DNA of 64,000 bases, from NCBI GenBank assembly GCA_950097015.1, contig CATNEN010000001.1, positions 17,174,001-17,238,000 of the forward strand, given 5' to 3'. Origin of the DNA: Macrostomum hystrix. Its lineage: Eukaryota > Animalia > Platyhelminthes. The notes below the pieces were generated by a model that worked only from the letters and a program-made list of their open reading frames with translations, did not search any database and was not told the DNA's origin. A program made the position numbers and the translations under genes. Shown here one piece after another: positions 49,508 through 62,229 of this stretch (its first letter is position 1; each line of letters opens with the position of its first letter).

Positions 49508-51517
49508 TCACTCCAGCTCCTCCTCTTCCTCCTCGTACTCGCCCTCATCATCAGCCGTGGCATCCTGGTACTGCTGCATCTCGGACACCAGATCGTTGAC
49601 GTTGGACTCAGCCTCCATAAACTCGTGATCGTCCATGCCTTCGTTTGTGTACCAATGTAAAAAGGCTTTCCGCTTGAACATCGAGTTGAATTGTTCGGAG
49701 ACTCGCTTGAACAGCTCCTGGATGGAGGTGGAGTTGCCGATGAAGGTGACGGACATCTTCAGGCCGCGTGGTGGAATGTCGCACACCGCAGTCTTAATGT
49801 TGTTGGGAATCCACTCCACGAAGTAGGAGCTGTTCTTGTTCTGCAGGTTGAGCATCTGCTCCTCGACCTCCTTGGTGGACATGCGGCCTCGGAAGATCGC
49901 AGCCACGGTCAAGTAGCGGCCGTGCTTGGGGTCGCAGGCGGCCATCATGTTCTTGGCGTCGAACATCTGCATGGTGAGCTCGGCCACGTTCACCTGCTTG
50001 TAGGAGCTGCTGCCGCGAGCCATCAGCGGCGCGAAGCCGGGCATGAAGAAGTGCAGGCGGGGGAAGGGCACCATATTCACGGCCAGCTTGCGCAGGTCGG
50101 CGTTTAGCTGGCCGGGGAAGCGCAGGCAGGTGGTGACGCCGGACATTGCCGCGCTGACGAGGTGGTTCAAGTCGCTGTAGCTCGGTGTGGACAGCTTCAG
50201 AGTGTGGAAGCTGATGTAGTAGAGAGCTTCATTGTCGATGCAGAAGGTCTCGTCAGTGTTATCCACCAGCTGGTGCATTGCCAGCATGCAGTTGTAGGGC
50301 TCCACCACCGTATCTGATACCTGAAACCCGTCATGCCACTTGTAAACAGTATCTCTGTTAATTTCAACAAAGGACTAACTTCACAAACCTTGGGCGATGG
50401 TACCACCGAGAAGGACTCGATGATGCGGTCCGGGTACTCCTCCCGAATCTTGCTGAGCAGCAGGGAGCCAAAACCGGAGCCGGTGCCGCCGCCTAGCGAG
50501 TGACAGAGCTGGAAGCCCTGAAGGCAGTCGCAGCTTTCGCACTCCTTCCTGACGACGTCCGTCACCCTCTCGACAATCTCGGCGCCCTCAGTGTAGTAGC
50601 CCTTGGCCCAGTTGTTGCCGGCGCCGCTCCTACCAAACACAAAGTTATCGGGCTGGAACAGCATGCCGAACGCGCTGGCACGGACGCTTTCCATTGTGCC
50701 GGGCTCCAGGTCAACCAGCACGGCTCTAGGGACGTACTTTCCTCCGGTGGCCTCGGAGAAGTAGACGGAGATGCGCTCGAGCTGCAGATCCGAGTCGCCG
50801 TGATAGGTGCCAGTGGGGTCGATGCCGTGCTCATCGGAAATCACCTCCCAGAACTGTCAGGGACGCGGAGTTGAGACTAGACTGTAGTTCTGGGTGGACG
50901 AACCACCAATTAAGCTCTCACTTATTGATACGAAAATGTCAAACTTAATCCCGGAATTTTCGGCAATCTCTCAACTTAGCCCAACACACTGGGAAATCTT
51001 CCAGTGTCTTTCAAAACGAAGTCCTGGCTATCAGCTCCTGTGCCACGGAACTGAGCCAGAGGAATATTTCCGGCAGGACAATTATCTTTCACTCCGGAAG
51101 GACATCCCGGGCCTCACAATGACCCTACCAGGTCATGGCTGCGATGCCAGGCACTGATTCCTCCAGGAAAGACATTTGAGACGAGCTGTGTCCATACTGT
51201 GCCATACTTAAACAGAGAAAGGCTAAACCACCTTGGACAAAACCCATCCCTGGATGATGTTTGCAGATCCTACAAAATCACACGGCTCGTCCGGTTTCTG
51301 AGGGGTATCATACGAGCATCTTTCTTCCCTAGTGAGGAACACGCTGCAGGATGGCCCGGCCACGGACCTCCTGAAGTCAAGACCCGCCACTCAAGCTCCC
51401 ACTCATTGATACGAAACTGTCAAACTTAATCCCGGAATTTTCTGCAACGTAGTCTCTCACCTTGGCGCCGATTTGATTTCCGCATTGCCCGGCTTGGATG
51501 TGGACTATTTCACGCAT
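49508..51517 (-). CDS. TUBB: Beta-tubulin, divergent isotype, 3 exons, 444 aa
   Basis: Exons 51517-51461 ([19 protein letters not shown]), 50853-50389, 50320-49508; GGGTGSG signature and acidic C-terminal tail. Confidence 0.97.
50962..51392 (+). mobile_element. Degenerate 3' fragment of a non-LTR retrotransposon (R1/LOA/I-like) in beta-tubulin intron 1
   Basis: Translates to [11 protein letters not shown] and [12 protein letters not shown]...LVRFLR, resembling the LTGHG..H..CP...R...LG C-terminus of these ORF2 proteins; flanked by 50-bp direct repeats. Confidence 0.5.
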
Positions 51518-51796
51518 TCTATTTGCCTGCAACTAGCTGCAAAAATATATACTAGCTGAATGCTTTAGCGAATTTGATTTGCCTTATAAAATACTTTCGT
51601 TTTCACTTGCTTTTTCTATTCTAATCTGTACCAGACTGCTGTGTCTATGGGCAAAGGACTTCGTGAATGCTTATTTTTATAGTGGCTAATTGGAAACCAA
51701 TAATTCACTATCTGTTCAACAGTATGTTCGATGCCACAGTTGATCATTATGCTTTGTTTGTTTTTTTTCTCGTCCGTCACCTTTCACCATTCCGAA

Positions 51797-52366
51797 CAAT
51801 CGCTGTCACCCTTCACTATGATCGCTCTCACCCTTCATTATGATCGCTCTCACCCTTCATTATGATCGCTCTCACCCTTCATTATGATCGCTCTCACCCT
51901 TCATTATGATCGCTCTCACCCTTCATTATGATCGCTCTCACCCTTCATTATGATCGCTCTCACCCTTCATTATGATCGCTCTCACCCTTCATTATGATCG
52001 CTCTCACCCTTCATTATGATCGCTCTCACCCTTCATTATGATCGCTCTCACCCTTCAAAACAATCGCTCTCACCCTTCAGAACAATCGCTCTCACCCTTC
52101 AGAACAATCGCTCTCATCCTTCAGAACAATCGCTCTCACCCTTCAGAACAATCGCTCTCACCCTTCAGAGCAATCGCTCTCACCCTTCAGAACAATCGCT
52201 CTCACCCTTCAGAGCAATCGCTCTCACCCTACAGAACAATCGCTCTCATCCTTCAGAACAATCGCTCTCACCCTTCAGAACAATCGCTCTCACCCTTCAG
52301 AGCAATCGCTCTCACCCTACAGAACAATCGCTCTCACCCTTCAGAACAATCGCTCTCACCCTTCAG
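51797..52366. repeat. 22-bp minisatellite (ATCGCTCTCACCCTTC + ATTATG or AGAACA)n upstream of beta-tubulin
   Basis: Two homogeneous variant domains switching at ~52057. Confidence 0.95.
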
Positions 52367-52939
52367 CATTCAGCTTAGTGAGACTTCGAAATGGCATTAG
52401 GCAAGAAAGTAAGGAACAAGAAGCTGAATGGATAAACTAGGAGAAGAGTCCATATGGTATTTGTGTACTAGGGTACTAGGGCATTGGTGTGAATGGGCGC
52501 ACTGATGAGAAGCCTTCACTGCTTGCTTCATATGATGCACCATCATGCATGTGTACCAATAGATGCTTTCATATACTAAATGCGCACAACAGCAGTGTGT
52601 GTGTGAGTTCACGCTTCGATAAGCATACAAAGCTAGCTCATAGTTATTAATCCCTTCGCTGTAGCATATAAGATCCCCGGACATGCTGGCTGGCACATGT
52701 GGATTGTGATTATGGGCATGTGTGTAATCAGGATGCGATAGGAAAACTCGAGAGCGGCATTCTCCCCAGTAAAATTTTGCGCCAATGAGATGGGAGAATA
52801 TCCTCACAGCCGATGACAAGACGGACACGAGCATGGAGGAACCCTAAGGCTAAAATCTAGAACTCCTGCCTGTCTAGTCAATGGACTGGGCGAGTGCGAT
52901 GGCCAGATGAGAACACAGCTGCCATTCAAAGTACTATCG

Positions 52940-54882
52940 TGATCTAGATCCTTAGAGTGATATCTTCTAGATCCTTAGAGTGATATCTTCTAGATCCTTA
53001 GAGTGATCTCTTCTAGATCCTTAGATTGATCTCTTCTAGATCCTTAGAGTGATCTCTTCTAGATCCTTAGAGTGATATCTTCTAGATCCTTAGAGTGATC
53101 TCTTCTAGATCCTTAGAGTGATATCTTCTAGATCCTTAGATTGCTCTCTTCTAGATCCTTAGAGTGATATCTTCTAGATCCTTAGAGTGATCTCTTCTAG
53201 ATCCTTAGAGTGATATCTTCTAGATCCTTAGAGTGATATCTTCTAGATCCTTAGAGTGATCTCTTCTAGATCCTTAGAGTGATCTCTTCTAGATCCTTAG
53301 AGTGATCTCTTCTAGATCCTTAGAGTGATCTCTTCTAGATCCTTAGAGTGATATCTTCTAGATCCTTAGATTGCTCTCTTCTAGATCCTTAGAGTGATAT
53401 CTTCTAGATCCTTAGAGTGATCTCTTCTAGATCCTTAGAGTGATATCTTCTAGATCCTTAGAGTGATATCTTCTAGATCCTTAGAGTGATCTCTTCTAGA
53501 TCCTTAGAGTGATCTCTTCTAGATCCTTAGAGTGATCTCTTCTAGATCCTTAGAGTGATCTCTTCTAGATCCTTAGAGTGATCTCTTCTAGATCCTTAGA
53601 GTGATATCTTCTAGATCCTTAGAGTGATCTCTTCTAGATCCTTAGAGTGATCTCTTCTAGATCCTTAGAGTGATCTCTTCTAGATCCTTAGATTGATCTC
53701 TTCTAGATCCTTAGATTGATCTCTTCTAGATCCTTAGAGTGATCTCTTCTAGATCCTTAGATTGATCTCTTCTAGATCCTTAGAGTGATCTCTTCTAGAT
53801 CCTTAGAGTGATCTCTTCTAGATCCTTAGAGTGATCTCTTCTAGATCCTTAGAGTGATCTCTTCTAGATCCTTAGATTGATCTCTTCTAGATCCTTAGAT
53901 TGATCTCTTCTAGATCCTTAGATTGATCTCTTCTAGATCCTTAGAGTGATCTCTTCTAGATCCTTAGAGTGATATCTTCTAGATCCTTAGAATGATCTCT
54001 TCTAGATCCTTAAAGTGATATCTTCTAGATCCTTAGATTGATCTCTTCTAGATCCTTAGAGTGATATCTTCTAGATCCTTAGAGTGATATCTTCTAGATC
54101 CTTAGATTGATCTCTTCTAGATCCTTAGATTGATCTCTTCCAGATCCTTAGAGTGATCTCTTCTAGATCCTTAGATTGATCTCTTCTAGATCCTTAGAGT
54201 GATCTCTTCTAGATCCTTAGAGTGATCTCTTCTAGATCCTTAGAGTGATCTCTTCTAGATCCTTAGAGTGATCTCTTCTAGATCCTTAGAGTGATCTCTT
54301 CTAGATCCTTAGAGTGATCTCTTCTAGATCCTTAGATTGATCTCTTCTAGATCCTTAGAGTGATCTCTTCCAGATCCTTAGAGTGATCTCTTCTAGATCC
54401 TTAGATTGATCTCTTCTAGATCCTTAGAGTGATCTCTTCTAGATCCTTAGATTGATCTCTTCTAGATCCTTAGATTGATCTCTTCTAGATCCTTAGAGTG
54501 ATCTCTTCTAGATCCTTAGAGTGATATCTTCTAGATCCTTAGAGTGATCTCTTCTAGATCCTTAGAGTGATCTCTTCTAGATCCTTAGACTGATCTCTTC
54601 TAGATCCTTAGAGTGATCTCTTCTAGATCCTTAGAGTGATCTCTTCTAGATCCTTAGAGTGATCTCTTCTAGATCCTTAGAGTGATCTCTTCTAGATCCT
54701 TAGAGTGATCTCTCTTAGATCCTTAGAGTGATCTCTTCTAGATCCTTAGAGTGATATCTTCTAGATCCTTAGAGTGATCTCTTCTAGATCCTTAGAGTGA
54801 TCTCTCTTAGATCCTTAGAGTGATCTCTTCTAGATCCTTAGAGTGATCTCTTCTAGATCCTTAGAGTGATCTCTTCTAGATC
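52940..54882 (+). repeat. 23-bp minisatellite (TAGATCCTTAGAGTGATCTCTTC)n, array 1
   Basis: About 84 units. Confidence 0.97.
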
Positions 54883-55510
54883 TCAGAATGATATTGCCAA
54901 ACCCTATGTATTTTTAGTTACTGTACTCAGAGAAAAGTAGCTCAACTTTCTCTATATTTCAAAATCGCATCGCTCCATTCACTAAACGAACTTCCTTGTT
55001 CTGCAGATCAGCCTCATTTCCGAAGGCATTGCCTGGATCCTATACTGTGCAGACTTCCTCCATTTTCGCGTTTAATTCCTTCCCCTATCTGATTCTCAAT
55101 TTCTTAACTCGTTTCCCCTGCGGCTCCATCAGTCTTAACTAGAATGACGTTTTCTGCCGGCATGGATTGGACTTGGCTTGATTTGATGGCCAAGGGATTA
55201 GATGGCACTGAGGAAGTGAGCGCAGATGTGTCCTAATCTGGATTTCTGGACGTTGATTTCAGTCGAAATTTAGTTTAGTCAACTTTGTATCCTCAAGCAG
55301 CTGGGTAAGGGCTTTCATATATTTATAAAGATAAACAAATTGCAGCATCCTGATATTATATAGATTTTCCTAAATAAAAGCGTACACTAGTCGGTTGCTT
55401 CTGTTCGTTTATTTTGAAAACTCAAATTAAAATTCAATGCTGCACGTTGAACTTAAGCGAAGTTTGCATCGTACAAAGCAACAAGCAAAATAAACTACTG
55501 CAGATTTTGA

Positions 55511-55822
55511 GTCACCCTCCAGGCTCAATGTACACTCAGCCCCCACTGTCACCCCTCTCCAGGCTCAATGTACACTCAGCCCCCACTGTCACCCCTCTCC
55601 AGGCTCAATGTACACTCAGCCCCCACTGTCACCCCTCTCAAGGCGGCTCAATGTACACTCAGCCTATACTGTCACCCCCCAGGCTCAATGTACACTCAGC
55701 CCCCACTGTCACCCCTCTCAAGGCTCAATGTACACTCAGCCTATACTGTCACCCCCCAGGCTCAATGTACACTCAGCCCTCACTGTGACCCCTCTCCATG
55801 CTCAATGTACACTCAATGTACA
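55511..55822. repeat. ~40-bp minisatellite (AGGCTCAATGTACACTCAGCCCCCACTGTCACCCCTCTCC)n
   Basis: About 8 units. Confidence 0.93.
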
Positions 55823-56166
55823 CCCCTTGAGTGATGACAGCTCACGTTATAATTGTATGAGCTAAAAAAGAACGCAAGTATACAGAGTTATTTGGTCTGC
55901 TTAGAAGATTACGCTTGTATTTATACATCGTTGATTTTTAGATGGCGCCTTATACTCGTAGTTACAAAACAATCCAATATAATTAATAGCATAATTAATC
56001 ACATAAAGTACTCGTAGGTAACTTACAGATGAAAAACACACGTTAGCACAACATATACTCGAATAAAAAGTGAAGAGTTCATTGGGTATTAAGGGCAATA
56101 ATAGACTCACAAACAGCAAAAAGCGAGTTAATATCAAATTTAAATTGGAGCTATCCGTATGGCGAT

Positions 56167-59100
56167 TTAAACAAAGTTCTGCGTGACGAAATGCGGCGAA
56201 ATTTGAATCAGCTGGACGATGACAGCAAAACCGATCATCGCTGCTAGGCCTACTGACGACGTCGCCGGAACTGACAAACTGCCATCGTTGGCTGCAAACT
56301 GTTCCGAGCCGCTTGAGTCACCAGCCACTAGCTGGTCCGCTTGCATCGACACAACGTACTTCTGGGAAATGATTAACAGGGACAACTCAACCTAAACAGT
56401 AGAAAAACCACGGGGCTATTTCAAATTCCGAATGCCTACTTCACGATTGCTTCGAAATCAAATGACCGATTTTTCGTGAAATTCTACCATGTGGATAAAC
56501 ATTTTCCGCCCTTAACGATGAACTAACTTTTGAAGCCGTCCGACATCAGCATCGTCCAGATATTCAGTGATTCTTGTCGAAGACCCTGGTCAAAAGGACA
56601 ACTCACAATGCACTGTATAAACCAATATGACGAATCTATATTGTTTCAATAAAGTTTTTCCTTTGTTAAACAAGTTCTGCGTTATGCCAAACTGAGGCGG
56701 AAAAGTCTTCCTTAGGGCAGAGATTAGAACTCCTGAACTCCAAATCGGAAGCAAAGTCTCAGGCACCAATTCCTAGAAAGCGCTCACCATGAACTTGTCG
56801 CTGGTGCAGAAGGCAGAAGTGGGCACGGATATTCCTAGCAACGGTTCAACCAGCTTCACCGCTTCGGGGCCGCATAACTTCCTGATCTCCTGAGAGACAC
56901 AGTCGATGAGGCTGCTGTAGAGCCTGCGTCATGAGGGTGGGTGACAGCCAATGTGTACCTCTGAAAAACAGCCAGGATCTAGAAGACATCACTCTAAGGA
57001 TCTAGAAGAGATCACTCTATAAGGATCTAGAAGAGATCAATCTAAGGATCTAGAAGAGATCACTCTAAGGATCTAGAAGAGATCACTCTAAGGATCTAGA
57101 AGAGATCACTCTAAGGATCTAGAAGAGATCAATCTAAGGATCTAGAAGAGATCACTCTAAGGATCTAGAAGAGATCACTCTAAGGATCTAGAAGAGATCA
57201 CTCTAAGGATCTAGAAGAGATCACTCTAAGGATCTAAAAGAGATCACTCTAAGGATCTAGAAGAGATCACTCTAAGGATCTAAAAGAGATCATTCTAAGG
57301 ATCTAGAAGAGATCACTCTAAGGATCTAGAAGAGATCACTCTAAGGATCTAAGAGAGATCACTCTAAGGATCTAGAAGAGATCACTCTAAGGATCTAGAA
57401 GAGATCACTCTATAAGGATCTAGAAGAGATCAATCTAAGGATCTAGAAGAGATCACTCTAAGGATCTAGAAGAGATCACTCTAAGGATCTAGAAGAGATC
57501 ACTCTAAGGATCTAGAAGAGATCAATCTAAGGATCTAGAAGAGATCACTCTAAGGATCTAGAAGAGATCACTCTAAGGATCTAGAAGAGATCACTCTAAG
57601 GATCTAGAAGAGATCACTCTAAGGATCTAAAAGAGATCACTCTAAGGATCTAGAAGAGATCACTCTAAGGATCTAAAAGAGATCATTCTAAGGATCTAGA
57701 AGAGATCACTCTAAGGATCTAGAAGAGATCACTCTAAGGATCTAGAAGAGATCACTCTAAGGATCTAGAAGAGATCACTCTAAGGATCTAGAAGAGATCA
57801 ATCTAAGGATCTAGAAGAGATCACTCTAAGGATCTAGAAGAGATCACTCTAAGGATCTAGAAGAGATCACTCTAAGGATCTAGAAGAGATCACTCTAAGG
57901 ATCTAGAAGAGATCACTCTAAGGATCTAGAAGAGATCACTCTAAGGATCTAGAAGAGATCACTCTAAGGATCTAGAAGAGATCACTCTAAGGATCTAGAA
58001 GAGATCACTCTAAGGATCTAGAAGAGATCACTCTAAGGATCTAGAAGAAGTCACTCTAGTCATACGAAAGAAATCAGTCTAGCCTAGTTCAATTATATCA
58101 AGGTTTCATCCTGGTTATGTGCCTATTATGGGAGTCGAAGCTGTTTCTTTAAAATTGCAAGGTAATCCAATCTTTCATTTAGAAGCCTGTATTTCTTTTC
58201 CTTGATATTTTCTTTTCTAAAGACATTTTCAAAACTAAAAACAACAACTTTCGCATTAAGGTGTAGAGATATTTTCACTTTTCAGTTCGGGATTACTTCA
58301 ATCTTCGTGTTGTTCTTCCACCAGCTAGGACAGGACTAAGAGGGCCAAGACAAATCTGTTTTTCTTGCACGGCTGTTCTCGCGCGACACAAATTCTAGAC
58401 ACGAAGCGTCTCCAGAGGAGAGAATTGAAAACTGCTTTGTCTCCTAGCTGGTGCAGATAGCGGGCCTGTTATGCCGCTTCTGCGTTATAACGTTCATTCA
58501 TAACGTTGCTGCAGCAGCTGACAGGGGCAAAGTAGTTGATCCGTGTTTTTCTCTGCTTTTTTCCAAGCAATAAATAAATATTCTTGAATATCTCTTGTGC
58601 GCATATTTTGCTATTTTCTGACAGGAGATCTTTTTCAGGTGCAAGATAGTTTTTTAGAATTATTTCTTCTAAAAATAGTATTCTTAACACCGTATGACTA
58701 AATTAATGATAAAAAACAATGACACATTAAATGATTCAACGAACTAAAAAGCGAATAAACAAATATATGGTTCAATTAATGGCTTTTATAAGTAGAAACT
58801 TAATTAATCAGTCAATTTACCTGCAGGATGACTTACTTATTAATTTATGACACACATTTAAACCTGCGTATGACACTGACGGGATTACTGAATGACCCCC
58901 ACGATCAAACCACCGCAGTTACTCGCATAGTGCGACTCGGAACGAGATGGGAAAGGAAGGCTTTCTCCAACAGGGGTCACCAGCTGAAGGGATGCCGTTG
59001 GCAGTTAAACCGACTTCATTCTTTCCCCTAAAAGGTTGACCCGCCAGGTCCTATCGTTGCCCAATGAAGTCGTGTTAGATACTAGGCGTAGAACTTGTAT

Positions 59101-62081
59101 ACAGTGTAGAAAATTCCACACGAATCAGCAGCAGCAGCAGCAGCAGCCTCCTAACACCTCTAGCGAAGAAAGGTATTCGATATGGTATCGCTTCTTAGCG
59201 GATCCTGTGTCGCAAGAATTGACAGTTTCGAAGTGAAGCAGCAACTGTGCCGAAGACTATCGTTCATTCAGTTTTCATGCACACTTTTTCCCGACTTTCT
59301 ACTAAATTGTAGATTGACGCATGCCTTTTAACTGCGCACTGATAACAGCCAATTATTAGGAATACCAGGCAACTAGAGGTTCACTCGGCAACGGAGAATA
59401 GACCAACTCTTGGATCTAGAAGACATCACTCTAAGGATCTAGAAGAGATCACTCTAAGGATCTAGAAGAGATCACTCTAAGGATCTAGAAGAGATCAATC
59501 TAAGGATCTAGAAGAGATCAATCTAAGGATCTAGAAGAGATCACTCTAAGGATCTAGAAGAGATCAGTCTAAGGATCTAGAAGAGATCACTCTAAGGATC
59601 TAGAAGAGATCACTCTAAGGATCTAGAAGAGATCACTCTAAGGATCTAGAAGAAGTCACTCTAGGCATGACTCCAGGGTTTTAGAAAGGTATGTTAAATT
59701 GACGAAGATAGAAGTACTGTCTCACCTGCAGTATCGATCCCTGCTTACTGCTCGGCTGCTGCTAGTCTGAAAACTTGCATAGCAACTGGATGTCTGCCGA
59801 CTTGCCGACTGGTAGCACAGGAACATTGTGGGGTAGTCTGCGGTGTGTGTGTGTGTGTGTTTAGCTTATTCGCATCGTTTCAGTTTGCAAGACTGCATGC
59901 CTTAAGCAGACAGGTTGATTAATCCCACACCAAGTCTCACCATTAAAAGCTCCATTGTAGCAGAAGTTGGCCAGAGACATAAAAAAATAGTCTGTTGGTG
60001 GCGGTGTGGGTCGTACCCTCCTGCAGAAGCCCAGATCGCTAGTGCCGCAGGCAAAATAGTGAGTTATAATCCTTGACAAAAATTAGACATCGGGTTTCGC
60101 TGCATGAGGTTAAACAGCAACTGTGACAATGGTGAAATATTTTGCTGTTTTAATTGGCAATAAATTATTTATGCATCTTGCCTACTGTTGGCTTTTGAGT
60201 ACACTTGCAATTAGAAGCATCCTGCTTACTTGCTCCAGAATGAATTTTTGTTTCAGCGAAAAATGTTTCTCAGTATTTTTGTTGTCATTGAAGTGATTAG
60301 TTATCTTGTATCTTGAGTTGATGAATTGAAATCAGGGTTGGGTTAAGACATCAGGGGTAGGCAAACTTATTACCGTGCGGGCCGCTGAGAGAACCTTAAA
60401 GACGACAGCGGGCCGCATTAACTGTAGAAATATGAGAAAGGGAAGGGATGAGACAGGAGAGATGAGACATGGGAGAGATGAGACAGGGAAGAGATGAGAT
60501 AAGGGAGAGATAAGACAGGGGAGAGATGAGACAGGGGAGAGATAAGACAGGGGAGAGATGAGACAGAGGGGAGATGAGACAGGGGCGATTCTCCATCTCC
60601 ATATGAGAGATGAGACGGGGAAATATGAAACAGGATACTGTAGGTGTTGGAAGGGGCAACGGGCCGGATTAGGGAGCTTCGAGGGCCGCATCTGGCCAAC
60701 GGGCCGGAGTTTGCCGACCCCTGGACCGTTGATTTCTCGGTTAGACTATCGATTGGACTACAAACATGCTCCCGGAACCACAAACCTCGATGGCACTAAG
60801 GTCCTGAGTTCGAATTCACAACAAGGCCCCATAGCAAGCAACAATGCTCGATAAACCAGGGCTTGCCTGCTCGATAACCATTTATAACTCCATTACAAGA
60901 GCTTTGTGTTCAAGCTAATTAGTTCCGATATAAGATCCTTTATCTTACTAAAGGCCTCCCAATTTGACTCATTGGTTGGAGCTAATGATAAGTACTCGCT
61001 CCATCGCATAGATTGCTATAATTGTGACGGTAATTATATTAATTGTGGCCTAATTCAGCATTTTATGATTGCATTTATCGCAGCCTAAATGGACAAATAA
61101 ATGTCGCAAATTATATCGCAAATCATACGCAAACGAAGGAATGTTAATGCTGCCTTATCAGTATACAAGTTAGAATTGTATGAAAAAATTGCACATACTC
61201 GTATTAGCTTGGATTCTAAAAAGCCGAACAAAAGCGTATTAAAAGCTTTTATACTATTGAATTTTATCTCATTTAAGAAATTTGATGAATTTTTAAGAAA
61301 CTAATTTATGATGATAGCTTTCAAGAAATCAGGAATTACAAACGATAATTTCATGGAAACTACATGTAGAAAAAACTGGGAGGGAATATATTAAACTTTT
61401 TTCTGAGAAACATGGCAGCTTCCTGGAAACTAGGATGGCAGTTTCCTGGAAACTTGGATGGCAGTTTCCTGGAAACTTGGATGGCAGTTTCCTGGAAACT
61501 AGGATGGCAGTTTCCTGGAAACTAGGATGACAGTTACCTGGAAACTAGGATGGCAGTTTCCTGGAAACTAGGATGACTGTTACCTGGAAACTAGGTCGGA
61601 GGCAATTTCAAGTAGTCCGAACAAAGTAATTTTAGAAATAAAGCTCAGATTTCCTAGAAAAATTCCGACCTCGAAATTACAATATTTTTTTTCCAAGAAT
61701 TTCAATTTTACATTTTTCATTAATTTTAAACGAGGAGCTCTATTTCCAAGATAAAAAAAACTATTTTCCCGGAATTCTTAGAAAGAAAAAGCTTTCTAGG
61801 TGCCTTATCCTGAAAATGTGCCCGGAATTTAAAACGGTTGCTGAACATATTTTGTTATACGCTTAATTTGTTTATTTATTCAATGTTAAGTATACCTGAA
61901 GCACTCTTGTGCTATACTCACTCGCACACTCGGCTCAGGTGTGTTGCTTGCATCACTCCCGTGAAGAAGGCACGACCCTCGGGCAGGCTGCTCACCAATG
62001 ATGAATTCAGGCGCCTCTGACACTCCAGCACCTTTAGCTCCTCCTCTTCCGGGCACACTGGCAGTGTGGGAGGAATTTTGC
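56167..62081 (-). CDS. Unannotated Cys-rich extracellular protein with hydrophobic (GPI-signal-like) C-terminus; 5' exon(s) not located
   Basis: Exons 62081-61922, 60071-59941, 59837-59726, 56923-56788 and 56361 (or 56391)-56167; all GT-AG with consistent intron phases 2, 1, 2, 0; 12 Cys in a stop-free frame. Confidence 0.72.
56975..58058 (-). repeat. 23-bp minisatellite array 2 (inverse orientation of array 1), intronic
   Basis: (GGATCTAGAAGAGATCACTCTAA)n; internal ~390-bp higher-order duplication marked by CTCTATAAGG. Confidence 0.97.
59412..59663 (-). repeat. 23-bp minisatellite array 3, same intron
   Basis: About 11 units with the same terminal variants as array 2. Confidence 0.96.
60352..60723. 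mobile_element. Non-autonomous hAT (Charlie-like) element carrying an internal GA-rich minisatellite
   Basis: 16-bp TIRs CAGGGGTAGGCAAACT / AGTTTGCCGACCCCTG (1 mismatch); multiple subterminal GGGCCG motifs; no 8-bp TSD retained. Confidence 0.75.
61412..61595. repeat. 23-bp minisatellite (ATGGCAGTTTCCTGGAAACTAGG)n
   Basis: About 8 units, each with the dyad AGTTTCC-T-GGAAACT. Confidence 0.93.
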
Positions 62082-62229
62082 CTGCGAAACGAAATAACAG
62101 TGGCAGCTAGCATTTCCTAATTAATCCGTTAACTTTTACGAACGGATTAAAGATTTTCCTCATTGTATTTATTTTTTAGTCTCTTTATCGTCAATGTTTC
62201 ACCATAGATCCCTATCATTTTGCATTCAT

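Noticed and set aside
52397-52834. 145-aa His/Tyr/Cys-rich ORF
   Set aside because: Composition reflects CA/TG-rich non-coding sequence; no motif or splice support.
52940-59663. Possible CRISPR-like arrays among the 20-40 bp repeats
   Set aside because: Units are head-to-tail with no unique spacers, there are no cas genes, and the DNA is eukaryotic.
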